From Octopus sinensis (lineage: Eukaryota): 64,000 nt of DNA. This document shows positions 13,087 through 25,734 of the stretch, one piece after another. Positions within the stretch are counted from its first letter, which is position 1. Every line of letters starts with the position of its first letter. The stretch lies in assembly GCF_006345805.1 (NCBI RefSeq), contig NC_043001.1, positions 6,696,001 to 6,760,000 on the forward strand, given 5' to 3'. The position numbers were made by a program, and so were the translations under genes. Below the pieces are notes generated by a model. It did not search any database and was not told the origin of the DNA. It was given only the letters and a program-made list of their open reading frames with translations.

Positions 13087-13982
13087 GTAGATGGTGAAGA
13101 GGAGCAGGAGGATGCGGAGGAAGACGACGGCAATGATGACGATGATAATGGTGGTGGTGTTGGTGTTGGTGGTAGTGGTAGTGATAGCGGTGTTGATAAT
13201 GACGACGACGACGATGAAGATTTTGACGACGAAACGACACTTACGCGATAATAAATCTTAAAGAAATCTTAAAGATTGGGCAACGGATTTACGAGATAAA
13301 CAATAGATATTTTAAAGCAGATACGATAATACAACAAGGAAGATGACAGTTTGTTTGATAAGGCTTCCATAAATAAAACAGAACAAACAATTGACAATAA
13401 TTATCGCTTCATTGCGCCGAGTATATAATTATACAGCATAATTATTGTAGTTAGAGTTGTATGAAGAGAAACTGATAACTGTAAGTACGAAGTACTGATG
13501 AGGTGGATGATTCAGAGATGGAATGAAAATTCATAATAATTATTCAATTGTCCAATTAAGTCTTATTTCAGAAGTATATATCGACATAATTACAGTAGCG
13601 AAAGTAATTAGTTAATTATTTAATCTGTGTATTATGTTTTTGTTATCTTTTAAATTATGCAATGAAATCAATACGTCATCATTGAAATTCAGAAATTCTA
13701 CTGTAAATTATATTTATCGATTTCTGTGAAGAAACCCACAAAATATACAAACAATATCTTTTATGTTTGCTTGTGTATGTGTATCTGTGTGTGTGTATAT
13801 GCGTGTGCATATGAGTGTATGTGTGTTGTGTGCGCGTATACAAACTCACACATATGTGTATTCGTATACATACACATGTTTGTACTCGTGTCTGTGCGTG
13901 ACCGTATGCATCATGTGATTAAATTATATATATATATATATATATGTATGTGGGGGTGTGTGTGTATAGGTGCATTCTTTTA

Positions 13983-14395
13983 TTCTTTTATTTCTTTCAA
14001 TAATTTGACTGCGGCCATGCTGGAGCACCGCCTTTAGTCGAACTAATCGACCTCAGAACTTATTCTCTATAAGCCTAGTACTTATTCTATCGGTCACTTT
14101 GCCGAACCGCTACATTACGGGGACGTAAACACACCACCATCGGTTGTCAAGCGATGGTAGGAGGGACGAACAGAGAAAAACAAACATACACACACACATA
14201 TATATATAAATATAAATATATGTATATATACGATGGCCTTCTTTCAGTTTCCGTCTACCAAAGCCACTCACAAAGCTTTGGTCGGCCCGAGGCTATAGTA
14301 GAAGAAATTCGCCCAAGGGTCCACGCAGTGGGACTGAACCCGGAACGATGTGCTTAGTAAGCAATCTATTTGCCACACAGCCACGCCCGCACCTA
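13983..14395 (-). mobile_element. Family C SINE (tRNA head, CORE-like segment, internal microsatellite), full length
   Basis: Reverse complement of the 15120-15531 copy, running from the GTGGCTGTGTGG head to the CATGGCCGCAGTCAAA tail. Confidence 0.88.
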
Positions 14396-15119
14396 TTTAA
14401 ATATCTTATAAATATATTTGTGGGTGTGTTTTTCTCATTTAAACCGAAATTTTGTATAGAATCACATAGGCAACACACACAGACACACACACGCACATAT
14501 AAACACACACATATCCACACACACACACACCAGCCATTATTCTATGTCAGCGCCTGAGATGTACTCTAAATATCTCCAGACTAGAAACGTAATGATATCG
14601 CATTTAACTCAGGCATATACCGTAATAGTTTTCAGGGGTAATAAAAGCGCATTAAATATCACTCTGAAAAACCTTATCGCCAAAAGAAATGAGACAAATT
14701 TTGGGACTGATTTGAAACATTACGTAACCATTTTTAGATCTATAAGATTTGATTGATATACGGATATAATAGTCATTATCCTTACTGTACCTTTGTTTCT
14801 TTTGATGAGATTGAAAAAAAATTGACCTTGCTTATTAAAAAAAAATTGGACAGCAATCTCTAAGCATGTTCCGTTCCTGCACTTATGGTAATATTCGAAT
14901 ATTCGCAAAGAATATGTAATTGTAAATCATGTGCCGAATAGCAGACAACTCTTGTTAATGTTTACGTAAGAGACCTTCATTAAAAATAAAAGAATGAAAG
15001 AGAGTTGTAGGTTGATCGATAGAGATTGTAACAACGCAATTGAGAGTCCTGGCAGTTGAAATTACAACAGTTTTAAAAAGAACGGAGCAGTAAGCGGAGA
15101 GCGAATGTTTATAAAACTA

Positions 15120-15531
15120 AAGGCACAGGAGTGGCTGTGTGGTAAGTAGCTTGCTAACCAACCACATGGTTCTGGGTTCAGTCCCACTGCGTGGCATCTT
15201 GGGCAAGTGTCTTCTGCTATAGCCCCGGGCTGACCAATGCCTTGTGAGTGGATTTGGTAGACGGAAACTGAAAGAAGCCTGTCGTATATATGTATTTATA
15301 TATATATATATGTATGTGTGTGTATATGTTTGTGTGTCTGTGTTTGTCCCCCTAGTATTGCTTGACAACTGATGCTGTTGTGTTTACGTCCCCGTTACTT
15401 AGCGGTTCGGCAAAAGAGACCGATAGATTAAGTACTAGGCTTACAAAGAATAAGTTCCGGGATCGATTTGCTCGACTAAAGGCGGTGCTCCAGCATGGCC
15501 ACAGTCAAATCACTGAAACAAGTAAAAGAGT
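15120..15531 (+). mobile_element. Family C SINE, full length
   Basis: Head GGCACAGGAGTGGCTGTGTGGTAAG with B-box-like GGTTCAGTCCC, then ATCTTGGGCAAGTGTCTT (resembles the CORE motif CCTTGGGCAAGT), internal (TA)/(TG), and an ACTGAAACAAGTAAAAG tail. Confidence 0.92.
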
Positions 15532-16029
15532 ATCTATTTATGTGATGTTCGGTTTAGATATGACAATGAGTACGTCTTTTTTTGTGATTAGCTAAATATT
15601 TTGGTGGAGAGTCAACGGTGTTGGAGATCAGAAAGGTTAAATTTATAGTTGATAAAATGTTAGCTGACAGGGAGGAGTGGAAGCCATCTGTCTACAGTGG
15701 GGGCTGGGGGTTGTGTTACTTGTATGATGATACTTCACGCCGGGTGTCAATATGTTACCCAATGCCTTCTGAATATTATAAAGGTTGTATGCCCTGGCAT
15801 GGACTACTACAACGGGGGCAAAAATGTCCAGTTCGGCAGGACACAAGAAAACAGGCGTTGCGACTGTGATCACACACTGGAGTCCGGCCAACAATTAGAG
15901 GATGTCCTTGGACAACTGCATACGCACAATGTACACGTCTATTGAAAATGCGAGATTGCGTTCAGTTCTTGGCCGAAGAGGGTTGCTGATGGAAGGTCAT
16001 ATAGTTCAAAGAATACTTGTCATACTTCC

Positions 16030-16255
16030 GGAAAGAATCAGAATTTCCCAATACAAGAACTCCGAATACTCCTGATGTTTGTCGGAGGTTTTACTAGGTT
16101 TGAGGTGCGGTTGAGAAATAAATTTACCTCTCTACCAGCAACACCAAAGTCAAGTTGGTGACCAAAATCAAGGAGACATTCAAATATCTTCTCAGGAATG
16201 TAATGAGGAACGCATGTACCAGATTCCAAAGACATCTTGAGGCGGCGGTGTTCCT
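16030..16255 (+). mobile_element. Tc1/mariner-superfamily (maT/rosa-like) transposase C-terminal relic
   Basis: Reads V*GAVEK..TKVKLVTKIKETFKYLLRNVMRNACTRFQRHLEAAV. A weaker match (VCPGMD..GGKNVQF.QD) may extend it upstream to about 15740. Confidence 0.65.
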
Positions 16256-17289
16256 TATATGCGGATACTTTAAGTAGACAGATATGTCCCTATAATAATC
16301 TAGTTGATCTCTTTTGATATTTACAATACTTTTACTCTTGGTTGGGGTAATGTTTTCCTTAAATTTCTGCACAACATTTGTGATTGTGTGTCTGTGAGTA
16401 GTTTTTGCTAGTTTGTTTTGAATAATGCGCACTGTCCTTTGTTTTACTTCACCATACATGTTGCTTAAATATCAATGTACTTAAGAAATTCTGGGAAAGA
16501 GAGATTTAAAAAGTAGAAAATTGGTTAAGACTCCAAATGCAAGAGAGATTTCGTTTGCCCGAGAAAAAATGTTAATAATGTAAGTAACTAGTTTGTATAA
16601 TCTGCAAAGCGAATTATACGTACTGGATTGCATATAATGTCAAACCTCTTGCGAATATAAATATTTAAATAAGTCATGCAAAGCAGGAAAACTAAATTTC
16701 ATTTCTTATATACATACTCACCCGTACATACGCATACACACACACATACACACACGCATGCACACACATATACATGTACACATGTATAAACACATTCATA
16801 GCTCTTTAACAATCACCAGCACATACGCACATACACGTGATATATTACGTTATATGCATATATTTTTGTGTATATGTGTATGCAAATGTGTTTATGTATG
16901 TAAATTTGGAATGGAAATAAACAAATCGGATTTCAAAAGTAAGGGCATTGTCAAGAGCATTCCCGCTAAAAATGATGCATCGGCAAGTTTCGATGCCTAA
17001 AGAAAGAATACGCAGATATCTCTGCGGCAGACAAACACCCGATACACACTTGCACATGAGCGCTCACATACACATATCTGCATGAGGAATTTGAATGGGA
17101 AGCGAAGAAATATCTTGTCATTATTTTCATTATTTAACAACTGTTTCTGCTACAAGTTACAATGCACTCATAGTTGAATGCTTGTGCATCAACCTTTAGA
17201 TTCATCGGAGTCTTATTTTTATATTAATTTTCACATTAACGTTTAACTGTTTCAAAAGTTTCTAACGCTTAACGTCTATAGTGGGAAAC

Positions 17290-17375
17290 ACACTATCTAC
17301 CCTACCTGCAACACCATGGCCGAGCTAGTGACCAAGATCAAGGAGGTGTTCACAGATCTTCCCAGAGATACATGG
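17290..17375 (+). mobile_element. Second fragment of the same maT-like transposase C-terminus
   Basis: Reads NTMAELVTKIKEVFTDLPRDT, homologous by eye to about 16140-16200. Confidence 0.6.
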
Positions 17376-17679
17376 ATACCGCCAGCCCTTTCTAATCCCT
17401 CATGTGTATAAACTACCCGTATACAATGTGGATACGCTATAGGGGACGTTAATTAGCGTGAAAGGTAGCCCGCTGTAGATAAAGGTTAACAATATCTCGC
17501 CCCTTCCTGCCGGTAACAGAAATTCTTATCAACAAACGCTGTGTTTTTTATCCCTCCAGAGAGTATGCTGTTCGAAAGTTATGCTAGAAAAATGGCCATT
17601 AGTTGACCACAAATATTTCTGACTTTGATTTATGACGAGAGTGAGTATATTGGCGCTGCTTTCTCTAGTATTTGAATTG

Positions 17680-17890
17680 TTATTACTTCCGCCTTAGCGA
17701 AGGCGGAAGTATTATTTTCAGTCGTATTTGTTTGTTTGTCCATGGACAAGATATCTCAAGAATCGTGGGGTGGATTCGAATGAAACTTTCAGGGATGTTT
17801 GGCCTCGTGACTGGCACGAACTGATTTGATTCTGGGATCGATCCGGTACCAGACAATGATTCTTGATTATTTGTGATATTTACTTTACAT
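17680..17890 (+). mobile_element. Possible Helentron-associated (HINE/DINE-like) element end
   Basis: A perfect 12-bp stem, TACTTCCGCCTT-AGCG-AAGGCGGAAGTA (17684-17711), is followed by GTTTGTTTGTCC...GATATCTCAAGAA...GGATTCGAATGAAACTT. This layout is typical of HINE-type ends. Confidence 0.5.
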
Positions 17891-18186
17891 AATTAAATTC
17901 TTACGTTAACACTTAAATCATTCTCAATTATCTCCCTTTAGGCTGTAACTATTTGGAACGGTCAATATAAAAATTGCTTGTATTAAATAAGGATAAACAA
18001 TTTATTATTATTACTAAGTTTTCTACAAACATCTTCATATTCCATGACTCCATTGAGATCAATCAGATGCTGGACAAGGATTCTAATTATTTTCTGGGTC
18101 TTTTACTTAATTTTTGGGAGCGGTCGGGTTCATTTTTAGTATTCTCGTTTGTGAGGGCATTTCGTCGATCTGTACCGTCTGAGTTC

Positions 18187-19806
18187 AAAATGGTTTTATA
18201 AGAATACTCTTCGTTGTCAAATAACATAGTATAATCGTTTGAAAATACTTCAACTCAACTCAAACATTATTAATTATATTAAATGAAAGTATATAGAGTT
18301 CAAAATTCAATCTCAACAAATGAAACGCAAAACAAATTGAGGTTTTGCGTTTCATCCTCTTTGGGTTAAGAGAATATGTACCAAATGAGAACAGATGTTG
18401 ATGTAATTCATTAGCTCCCCCTCCCTCTAGACGTTTAGGACTCGTGTATTTAGTAGGAAGTATTTTTGTTGTTCGTGTTATTTATATCATTTCGGTCACT
18501 ACCAAAGATCCATGTCCGCAAGTAAGGGTAGGCACGAACACCGAAATAAAGATAACGCGTTCGACTTTTATACCATATCAAAATTCCAATTTTTACACTT
18601 GCGTATACATACGTAACACTATGCATATATTTATAAGTGCACCGTACAATGGTTTATTTATTTATTATTTTATTTATTGTTCTATAAATTGACTAATTAA
18701 TTTAGGAAAATATTTAGTAAATAATACACTTCCTAATAAAACAACATATTCCTATATTCAATTAAATTGTACGTGTAGGATATTTGTAGATTAATGATGA
18801 TGTATAACTAATAAATGGTGGAACGTTGGTGAAGGGGTAGATTCATCAGCGTGTGCGGAAATATAATTAAATTTTTCATATATTTATATATTTACCACGA
18901 AATTATCTATCGGAATTTATAAATTAGAATATTTGCAGGGAATTTCAGCGGAAACAACAACTCTCTATGAAAGAAGCTTTGGAATTTGAGCATAAATGTT
19001 ACAGATACAAACACATGCTCACACATATATATATATATATATATATATAAATTATTTAATTACAAGATACACATTTCAAAATCAACTTCTTAGCTTGATG
19101 ATGTTTCTGTTAAGAAAAGCATTACAACCAGAGCTATGTGGGTGCCACATCTGATAGCTCGCAAGGAGCTGTAATAAAGTACAATATATGGGTGCCTTCA
19201 TGTATGCACTTCACTTTATTATTTTTCAATTTTAAAATGAATTTTGAACGGTCACCAACCGGATAGCAAAGTTCAAAAAGAATATAACTTCTTTTAACTA
19301 CCATCCTTTAAATCCTAAAGTCTTGCAACTGTCTGTAGTCACAGATATAGTGATAATTCGTAGCATATGAATTAGGTATTTCCATTCTCTTCCTAAGATT
19401 AAAAGTTCAGCAACACTTTTGTACACACAGGTTGGTAGGTTTCCTGTTACCGCAATAATAATACATTTGAAATTGAAAGTGTATTTTGTGTACTGGATTT
19501 ACAAACCTGTTACATGTGGCTACCTTCAAGTTTTTATAGATTTTGTTCGAAACGAAACCATCTTGCCACAGGAAACGATGATTTTCAATTATTTAGCGTC
19601 GCCTCTCAATTGTTCCTTTTCTTACTTATCTTTCCCAAATCCCATTCTCTTAAATTCACCTCACACCCTGCAGCAGCTTAATTTAAAATGAAAAATCAGA
19701 CAGGTAGATTAACTCGCACACAAAAATAACACATCTATTTTAAAAATACACTTACGTTTCTACAATTATGAAAAATATATATTGTGCATATATATATAAT
19801 ATATAA

Positions 19807-19903
<97 letters not shown>

Positions 19904-20197
19904 CTGCAGTGTATATTTTGTATTAGTAGGTAGAATCCAAGTAGTTATAGAATATAAAACTCTGATATAATTGAATATTAATATCAAATATTATCAATTT
20001 CAAAATACCTAGATCCTATACATTACCAACTGAAAAATCTATTCACTAAATTTATACAAGCATTCAACTATAATATTCTTTAGGTTTCTATTTACTTTCA
20101 TTTAATACAATTAATAATGTTTGAGTTGAGTTGAAGTATTTTCAAACGATTATACTATGTTATTTGACAACTGAGAGTATTCTTATAAAACCATTTT
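18187..20197. repeat. Pair of 111-bp inverted repeats 1.8 kb apart (possible non-autonomous element)
   Basis: 18187-18297 is the reverse complement of 20087-20197 with 4 mismatches. Confidence 0.8.
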
Positions 20198-20407
20198 TAA
20201 GACGAATTCCTTTGGGGGCGTGACAGTAATTCTACTTCAAAATGAAACACAACAAGCGATATACCAGTGGATGGCGCAGCCTCAAAAATGTCTCTAAGTA
20301 AAACTTGTAGACTAAATTTGAATAATTAATTGAGGCAAGACATGAAGACATTAAAGGTAATGGAGTTGCACTTCATCTAAAAATATGTACATTCATAGTT
20401 TTACTAA

Positions 20408-20500
<93 letters not shown>

Positions 20501-20509
20501 TATATATAT

Positions 20510-20850
20510 CGAGTCATTAAGAACGAAACGTCCGATTTTGCAGTTAATCAAAGTATGCACTTCAATTTATCAACACATTTTGCCATTTTATCGGTAGCAT
20601 CTTTATCCTGGCATCCAATCCTGGAGAGCAAGAGGTGAGGAAATCGCCAAAGACTGTTACTGAATTTTCTTCTTATTTGAAGTTTTTTCCTTGTAAAATA
20701 TTGTCTGAAGCTTGGAAAACTTGATAGTCAGTTGGTGTAAGGTCTGATGAATGTGGGGTTTGACAGGGCTTCCAAGTTCTGTTCCTCTAAATTCAGTAAC
20801 GTTCTTTGCGTAACATTCTGGATCGCTGTTCTGATTGGAATGTTCCGCAA
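20510..20850 (-). mobile_element. mariner transposase C-terminal relic
   Basis: Reads QNVTQRTLLNLEEQNLEAL, PHSSDLTPTDYQVF, GKNF, LPIKWQNVLIN*SAYFD*. This corresponds to the YSPDLAP.DY..F and KW....YFD* motifs. Confidence 0.8.
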
Positions 20851-20879
20851 ATATTCCTTGGTTTTAGAGGTCTGAGTAC

Positions 20880-21635
20880 ATTTCTGTTCTGTAGTAGCTT
20901 CTTTAACACTATCAGGACAGTCTTTCATACGTATGATATTTAAAACTGTTTTTGCAACTATGTCATAACCTGTGGAGAGGTAATATGGCGCATAAAATTT
21001 ATGGCCGGCTGATGATGATATGGCTGATAAATTCCACACTGGTATGGAATAATGAACAATTTTCATCCCTGCTTGGATACTAAGATACATCTCTATCTCC
21101 TTATTCATCAGGTATTTAGTAGCAATTTTCTGTGGAGGCGCAATGGCCCAGTGGTTAGGGCAGCGGACTCACGGTCGTAGGATCACGGTTTCGATTCCCA
21201 GACCGGGCGTTGTGAGTGTTTGTTGAGCGAAAACACCTGAAGCTCCACGAGTCTCCGGCAGGGATGGTGGTGATCCCTGCTGTACTCTTTCACCACAACT
21301 TTCTCTCACTCTTACTTTCTGTTTCTGTTGTACCTGTATTTCAAAGGACCGGCCTTGTCACTCTCTGTGTCACGCTGAATATCCCCGAGAACTACGTTAA
21401 GGGTACACGTGTCTGTGGAGTTCTCAGCCACTTACACGTTAATTTCACGAGCAGGCTGGTCCGTTGATTCGGATCAACCGGAACCCTCGTCGTCGTAACC
21501 GACGGAGTGCTTCCACCACAGTAGCAATCTTCTGTTTCTAGATGATCTTGACGTCACTGTTGATGTGGAAGTTACCAGTGGTTGTTAATGTTTTCCTAGA
21601 TCTCACGCACAAGTTTCGGATTTCTTCGCATAATA
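20880..21635 (-). mobile_element. R4/Dong-clade (RLE) LINE relic, interrupted by a family A SINE
   Basis: Reads EEIRNLCVRSRKTLTTTGNFHINSDV, then KQKIAT | KYLMNK across the SINE, a decayed CCHC knuckle DENCSLFHTSVEFISHIIISRP, and YYLSTGYDIVAKTVLNII. Confidence 0.7.
21134..21519 (+). mobile_element. tRNA-derived SINE, family A, full length
   Basis: A-box TGGCCCAGTGG and B-box GGTTTCGATTCCC. The 16-bp TSD, AGTAGCAAT(T/C)TTCTGT, lies at 21118-21133 and 21520-21535. Confidence 0.93.
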
Positions 21636-21644
21636 TATATAAAA

Positions 21645-21770
21645 TGGTGCGAGCAGCCAAAATGCCTAGCGGTATTTCGTCCGCTTTTTTCATTCCATCG
21701 CATTTGACTTTGCCATTCATCTTTTCGGAGTCGATAAAATAAGTAACAGTTGATCACTAGTGATTGTAAT
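21645..21770 (+). mobile_element. Diverged family B SINE remnant
   Basis: AAATGCCTAGCGGTATTTCGTCCG...GACTTTGCCATTCATCTTTTCGGAGTCGATAAAATAAGTAACAGTT. Confidence 0.65.
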
Positions 21771-22823
21771 CAGTGCGATTTAGTGCTTTGATTTCATTTT
21801 ACGAAAAGTCTAGTATGTTAGAATGTGATCGTATGTTAGAATGTGATCGTGTTGTCAATAAAGAAATAAATATTTTAAAAGCAAATTTTAAATTTTGGCA
21901 TGAAATTTATTTTACCCACTCCGATGAACTTTCTCTACAAAACATTTGTATCGTAACTGTACTGAGTCTGAAAGTAAAATATTTGATATATTCTTTTAAG
22001 GAACTCTATCGCCAACTCCGCTTCACATGTTGGATTTCCGTTTAATCTCTAAGCCATATCATTACTCATACATCCCCAAACACATCCCCCTTCTGTTCTC
22101 CTTTCTTTCAATAACTCTATTATCTAGTCGTCTTTAATATACAAAACACAGATAAATGACTAAACTTATTTTTTTCAACTTCATTTATTGGGATCTATTT
22201 CGTCCCAACAATTGACCTACCATTTCCGTCATTCTATGATAAAGTAGCCATTTAATATACGAATGAAAAACTTGCTTTTTACAATTCTTTCAGAATGTTA
22301 AGCTGAATTATTTACCTTTTCAGAGCTACGTATCTCTTATTTTTCACCTCATTTTTTTCTACACCAACATTTTTCTCTTCGACTCACTTCACTTGATATA
22401 TGATTGACAAAAGTTCACCAATCGATATTTCTGTCTCTCTTGCTATATGTACACTCTTTCCTATTCCGTATTTATTTGCGATTCCTCACGTCTTTTCTGC
22501 TTATTTTTCTTCCAATTCAAAGAAACCATTACTACCATCAATAACATTTTCTAGAATACGTTCAGTACAATGACGCCAATAACATTCAGTTCCTGCATTT
22601 AATTCCTCCCAAATTTATACTCATACGTTCGGAATTAGAACTGTTGGATTCGGTGAAAAATATGTCCAGGAAAAACAAACTGCTTACCTACAATATTTCA
22701 GTACATGGTTTCGGTTTAAAGCGAGTCACAAGAACGGCAAGGTATATGCGGAACTTTGCAAAAGTATTACTTTCAGTTGTATATTTAAGAGACAAGGAAT
22801 TATGTATATTATTTAGATTGTTT

Positions 22824-22977
22824 ACATTATTTACATTTGACGCATATTTATCCTCATCTTTGTTGTTAAAACAATATTTCGGCTGATAAACACTCCAGAC
22901 TTCATCAAGTGATTTGGGGAAATTTCGAACCTGGCTTCTCATTCCTAAGGTATTTTTCGATGTTGTTGTTGTTATTA

Positions 22978-23043
<66 letters not shown>

Positions 23044-23054
23044 TAGGTCACTGC
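22824..23054 (-). mobile_element. Family D element, inverted arm (lacks most of the tRNA head)
   Basis: Reverse complement of 23106-23448, including the (AAT)n spacer and the hammerhead-like tail. Confidence 0.85.
22868..22913 (-). ncRNA. Degenerate minimal type-I hammerhead motif
   Basis: UUGAUGA-A-GUCUG..CAGCC-GAAA-UAUU. C3 is changed to U and stem I is eroded. Confidence 0.5.
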
Positions 23055-23112
23055 CGGGGTTTGTAGCGCGGGTTACTATCTCCAAGATTCCGAGTTCGAT
23101 TCGAAGCAGTGA

Positions 23113-23183
<71 letters not shown>

Positions 23184-23206
23184 TTATAATAATCATAATA
23201 ATAATA

Positions 23207-23243
<37 letters not shown>

Positions 23244-23244
23244 C

Positions 23245-23289
<45 letters not shown>

Positions 23290-23448
23290 TTAATAGCAAT
23301 ATCGAAAAATACCTAATACCTTAGGAATAAGCATCCAGGTTCGAAATTTCCCCAAGACACCTGATGAATGCTGAAGGGTATATCAGCCGAAACATTGTGT
23401 TAACAACAAACAAGATGAGGACAAATATCCACCAAATATAAATAATGT
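23055..23448 (+). mobile_element. Family D element: tRNA-like head remnant + (AAT)n + hammerhead-bearing tail
   Basis: B-box GAGTTCGATTCG, then GCAGTGACCTG-(AAT)n, then the tail CGAAAAATACC...CCCAAGACACCTGATGA...GAAAC...ATAATGT, which is shared with 40145-40330. Confidence 0.85.
23356..23401 (+). ncRNA. Minimal type-I hammerhead ribozyme-like motif
   Basis: GACAC-CUGAUGA-AU-GCUGA(loop)UCAGC-C-GAAA-CAUU-GUGUU. Stem I is GACAC/GUGUU and the core is intact, but the stem III palindrome is broken (CG to CA). Confidence 0.65.
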
Positions 23449-24029
23449 TTTAGTTTCAGGTTTTTGCAAAAGACCATTTATTTGGGGGGAGAAAATATGT
23501 CGATGACTTGCACTCCAGAGCTCAGGTGATACCTATTTTATGCCGTATTTTGCTAGGCTCATTAACGATTCTGCCAGCACACTACTTTGAATGGTGCAAA
23601 AATATTACACTTATCAGAGAAGGATATATTTTTCTAATATGCTCAAGCTGTTTCAAAGAAAGCATATTCACACGCAAAATTGAAGACTCGTGACTGAGGT
23701 TTTCCAGAAAAAAGCTGTTTTGTGTTTGACTGAAGAGGACAACAAACGGAAAAGCCGTTCATAAGAACAAGGACAATTAGATGGGTACACTGCATTCCCA
23801 TAATGAGGTTGTTTTTCTACCAGTAGGCTGAATTGTCTGAATAGAATACTACGACTCATAATTCTGCTCTTTATTTCAGAAAAATATTTATGCAATAAAG
23901 TTGGTATAAACTTGCTGGTTATCATCTCCGCTACTACTTTGCGCATACGTGTCTATATACGAATATAAAATTCGTTACGTAAACTACATCTACGCAAATG
24001 CATAATTATGCAAACTTCTGCAGTAAATG

Positions 24030-24750
24030 GTAAAGACAAACTACAGAGGCTAAACACAGCAATTTATAGACCGATCCTCAGCAGAAACACGAATGTAATA
24101 ATAACACCCATTGACACATGACGCAATAAGAGGACAAAAGCCTGAAGGAATAAGGAAAATAGATACAATGTGAACACACAGAATAGACAAATATGCCCAT
24201 ACCTATCACAAATAAAAGAAATAGAAGTAAATAGATAAAAAAAACATGTTATAAAGGCAGGGATACAAGTAACATAGTAAGCAAAGTCATATACACATAC
24301 AAACACACATATACTAACTTCAACAACGGCCACAACAAAATCAACAACACGACCATCCACGACAAATGCAACAACAGTAACAACAATAACAACAACTACC
24401 AAGATTGCTGCAGCGTGGACGAGCACACATACGCAAAGATATATAGGAACGGTACTAAAATCTGGGTCAAGCGGAGCCGGAGGGGCAACAACGGAAAGGA
24501 CAGGGGTAAGGGGAGGGTAATACTGATACTAAGAACAACGACACACACATATGTATATGCAATCACACACAAATATAGACGCAAACGCATGCGCATGGAA
24601 GGGTGCACGTTATAGAAGAACAGAATAGATGAGGCGTAGCACAAACCTGGAAGGAAAGTGTCGCTGATGACGTCACAGATGTGTGACGAAATATTTACGT
24701 ACAATGAACATAAGGTAAAATAGTAACAGAAATAAACGAGTGAAGACGAA
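24030..24750 (+). mobile_element. Probable PLE 3' end (pseudo-LTR) fragment
   Basis: Starts with RQTTEAKH (compare RQITEATH in the neighbouring GIY-YIG), continues as an A/C-rich UTR, carries a hammerhead core at 24664-24691, and ends at (AT)n. Confidence 0.55.
24658..24700 (+). ncRNA. Hammerhead-like motif with intact core
   Basis: CUGAUGA-C-GUCAC(AGAUGU)GUGAC-GAAA-UAUU. Stem I is weak. Confidence 0.55.
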
Positions 24751-24761
24751 TATATATATAT

Positions 24762-24793
<32 letters not shown>

Positions 24794-24867
24794 ATATATA
24801 ATATATATATATACGTTTAAATATTTGTTGTGCAAGATTTTTTAAGTGAAGTCGTGTGTTGAAACAG

Positions 24868-25734
24868 ATATTGTTATATTTCGGAATGGTCATATTGCCA
24901 GTTTAGCCAATAAAACATACGCACTATATATTTGGTGTTATTTTGCTTCAGTGATATTTATTTTTTACATTAATCTTAATCTTATTTCGGCCAAAGTTCT
25001 TTCGTCACACTCCTGTGACCGCATCAGTGGTCCTTTGTTTTCTTCTCACTTACTTGTGTCTCTCTTACTAACCGTCAGCCTTTTGTATTTCTATTGTATG
25101 TGTATGTCTTTCATTGCGCATGCTTATATCTCTATGTGCGTCTATGTTTATTTAGTGTGTGTGTGGGGGGATGCCTGTAATATTTGTATCTTCTGGTTAT
25201 ATACATTCTTGTAATTGTATTTTGTTTTTGTTGTTGTTGCTTTTGTTCTATTTTGTTCATGTGTTTACATCCACCCATTATTATCATTACATATGCTTGT
25301 ATGTATGTATAAAACACAATATTAGTAATAATAATAATAAATCTAATCGAAAAAAAAAATATATATATACATATACATATATATATATACATACATATAT
25401 ATACTATATATATATAACATATATACACACATATATACACATATATATATACATATATATACAACATATACATATATATAGATATTCATTTCTATTTCTT
25501 TAATTACCTGTGTATTTATTATGTTTGCAGGATCCACTATTGTCTATGTTTGTGGTGTGCGCTATTGCTCCATTCTAGTTTTCTATTCAGGCTAGGTTTA
25601 TTTTCTATTATATGTGTAGCTTTGTAATTTGTCTAATTGTTGCATCTGTTCTATGTGTGGACAATATCTTAATCTCTATGTTATTGATTGATCCCCCGTG
25701 TTCTTGTTCGTCGTGTTGGTACAGAATCGATGAG
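24868..25734 (-). mobile_element. Inverted copy of the PLE 3' end (left arm)
   Basis: Reverse complement of 26117-26977. The shared translations in ORFs 25612+ and 25997- confirm this. It carries a hammerhead-like motif at 24989-25033. Confidence 0.9.

Noticed and set aside
13027-13251. Acidic/Gly-rich 74-aa ORF
   Set aside because: It starts inside a SINE tail and runs through a GAT/GGT/GAC trinucleotide mosaic, with no splice or domain support.
21538-21720. ILYILCEEIRN resembling a GPCR TM7/helix 8
   Set aside because: The upstream half is the antisense of a decayed family B SINE, and the downstream half fits an R4/Dong relic.
23690-23830. HYGNAVYP, similar to the Tx1 relic at 47.6 kb
   Set aside because: It is one short motif and the flanking residues do not continue the match.
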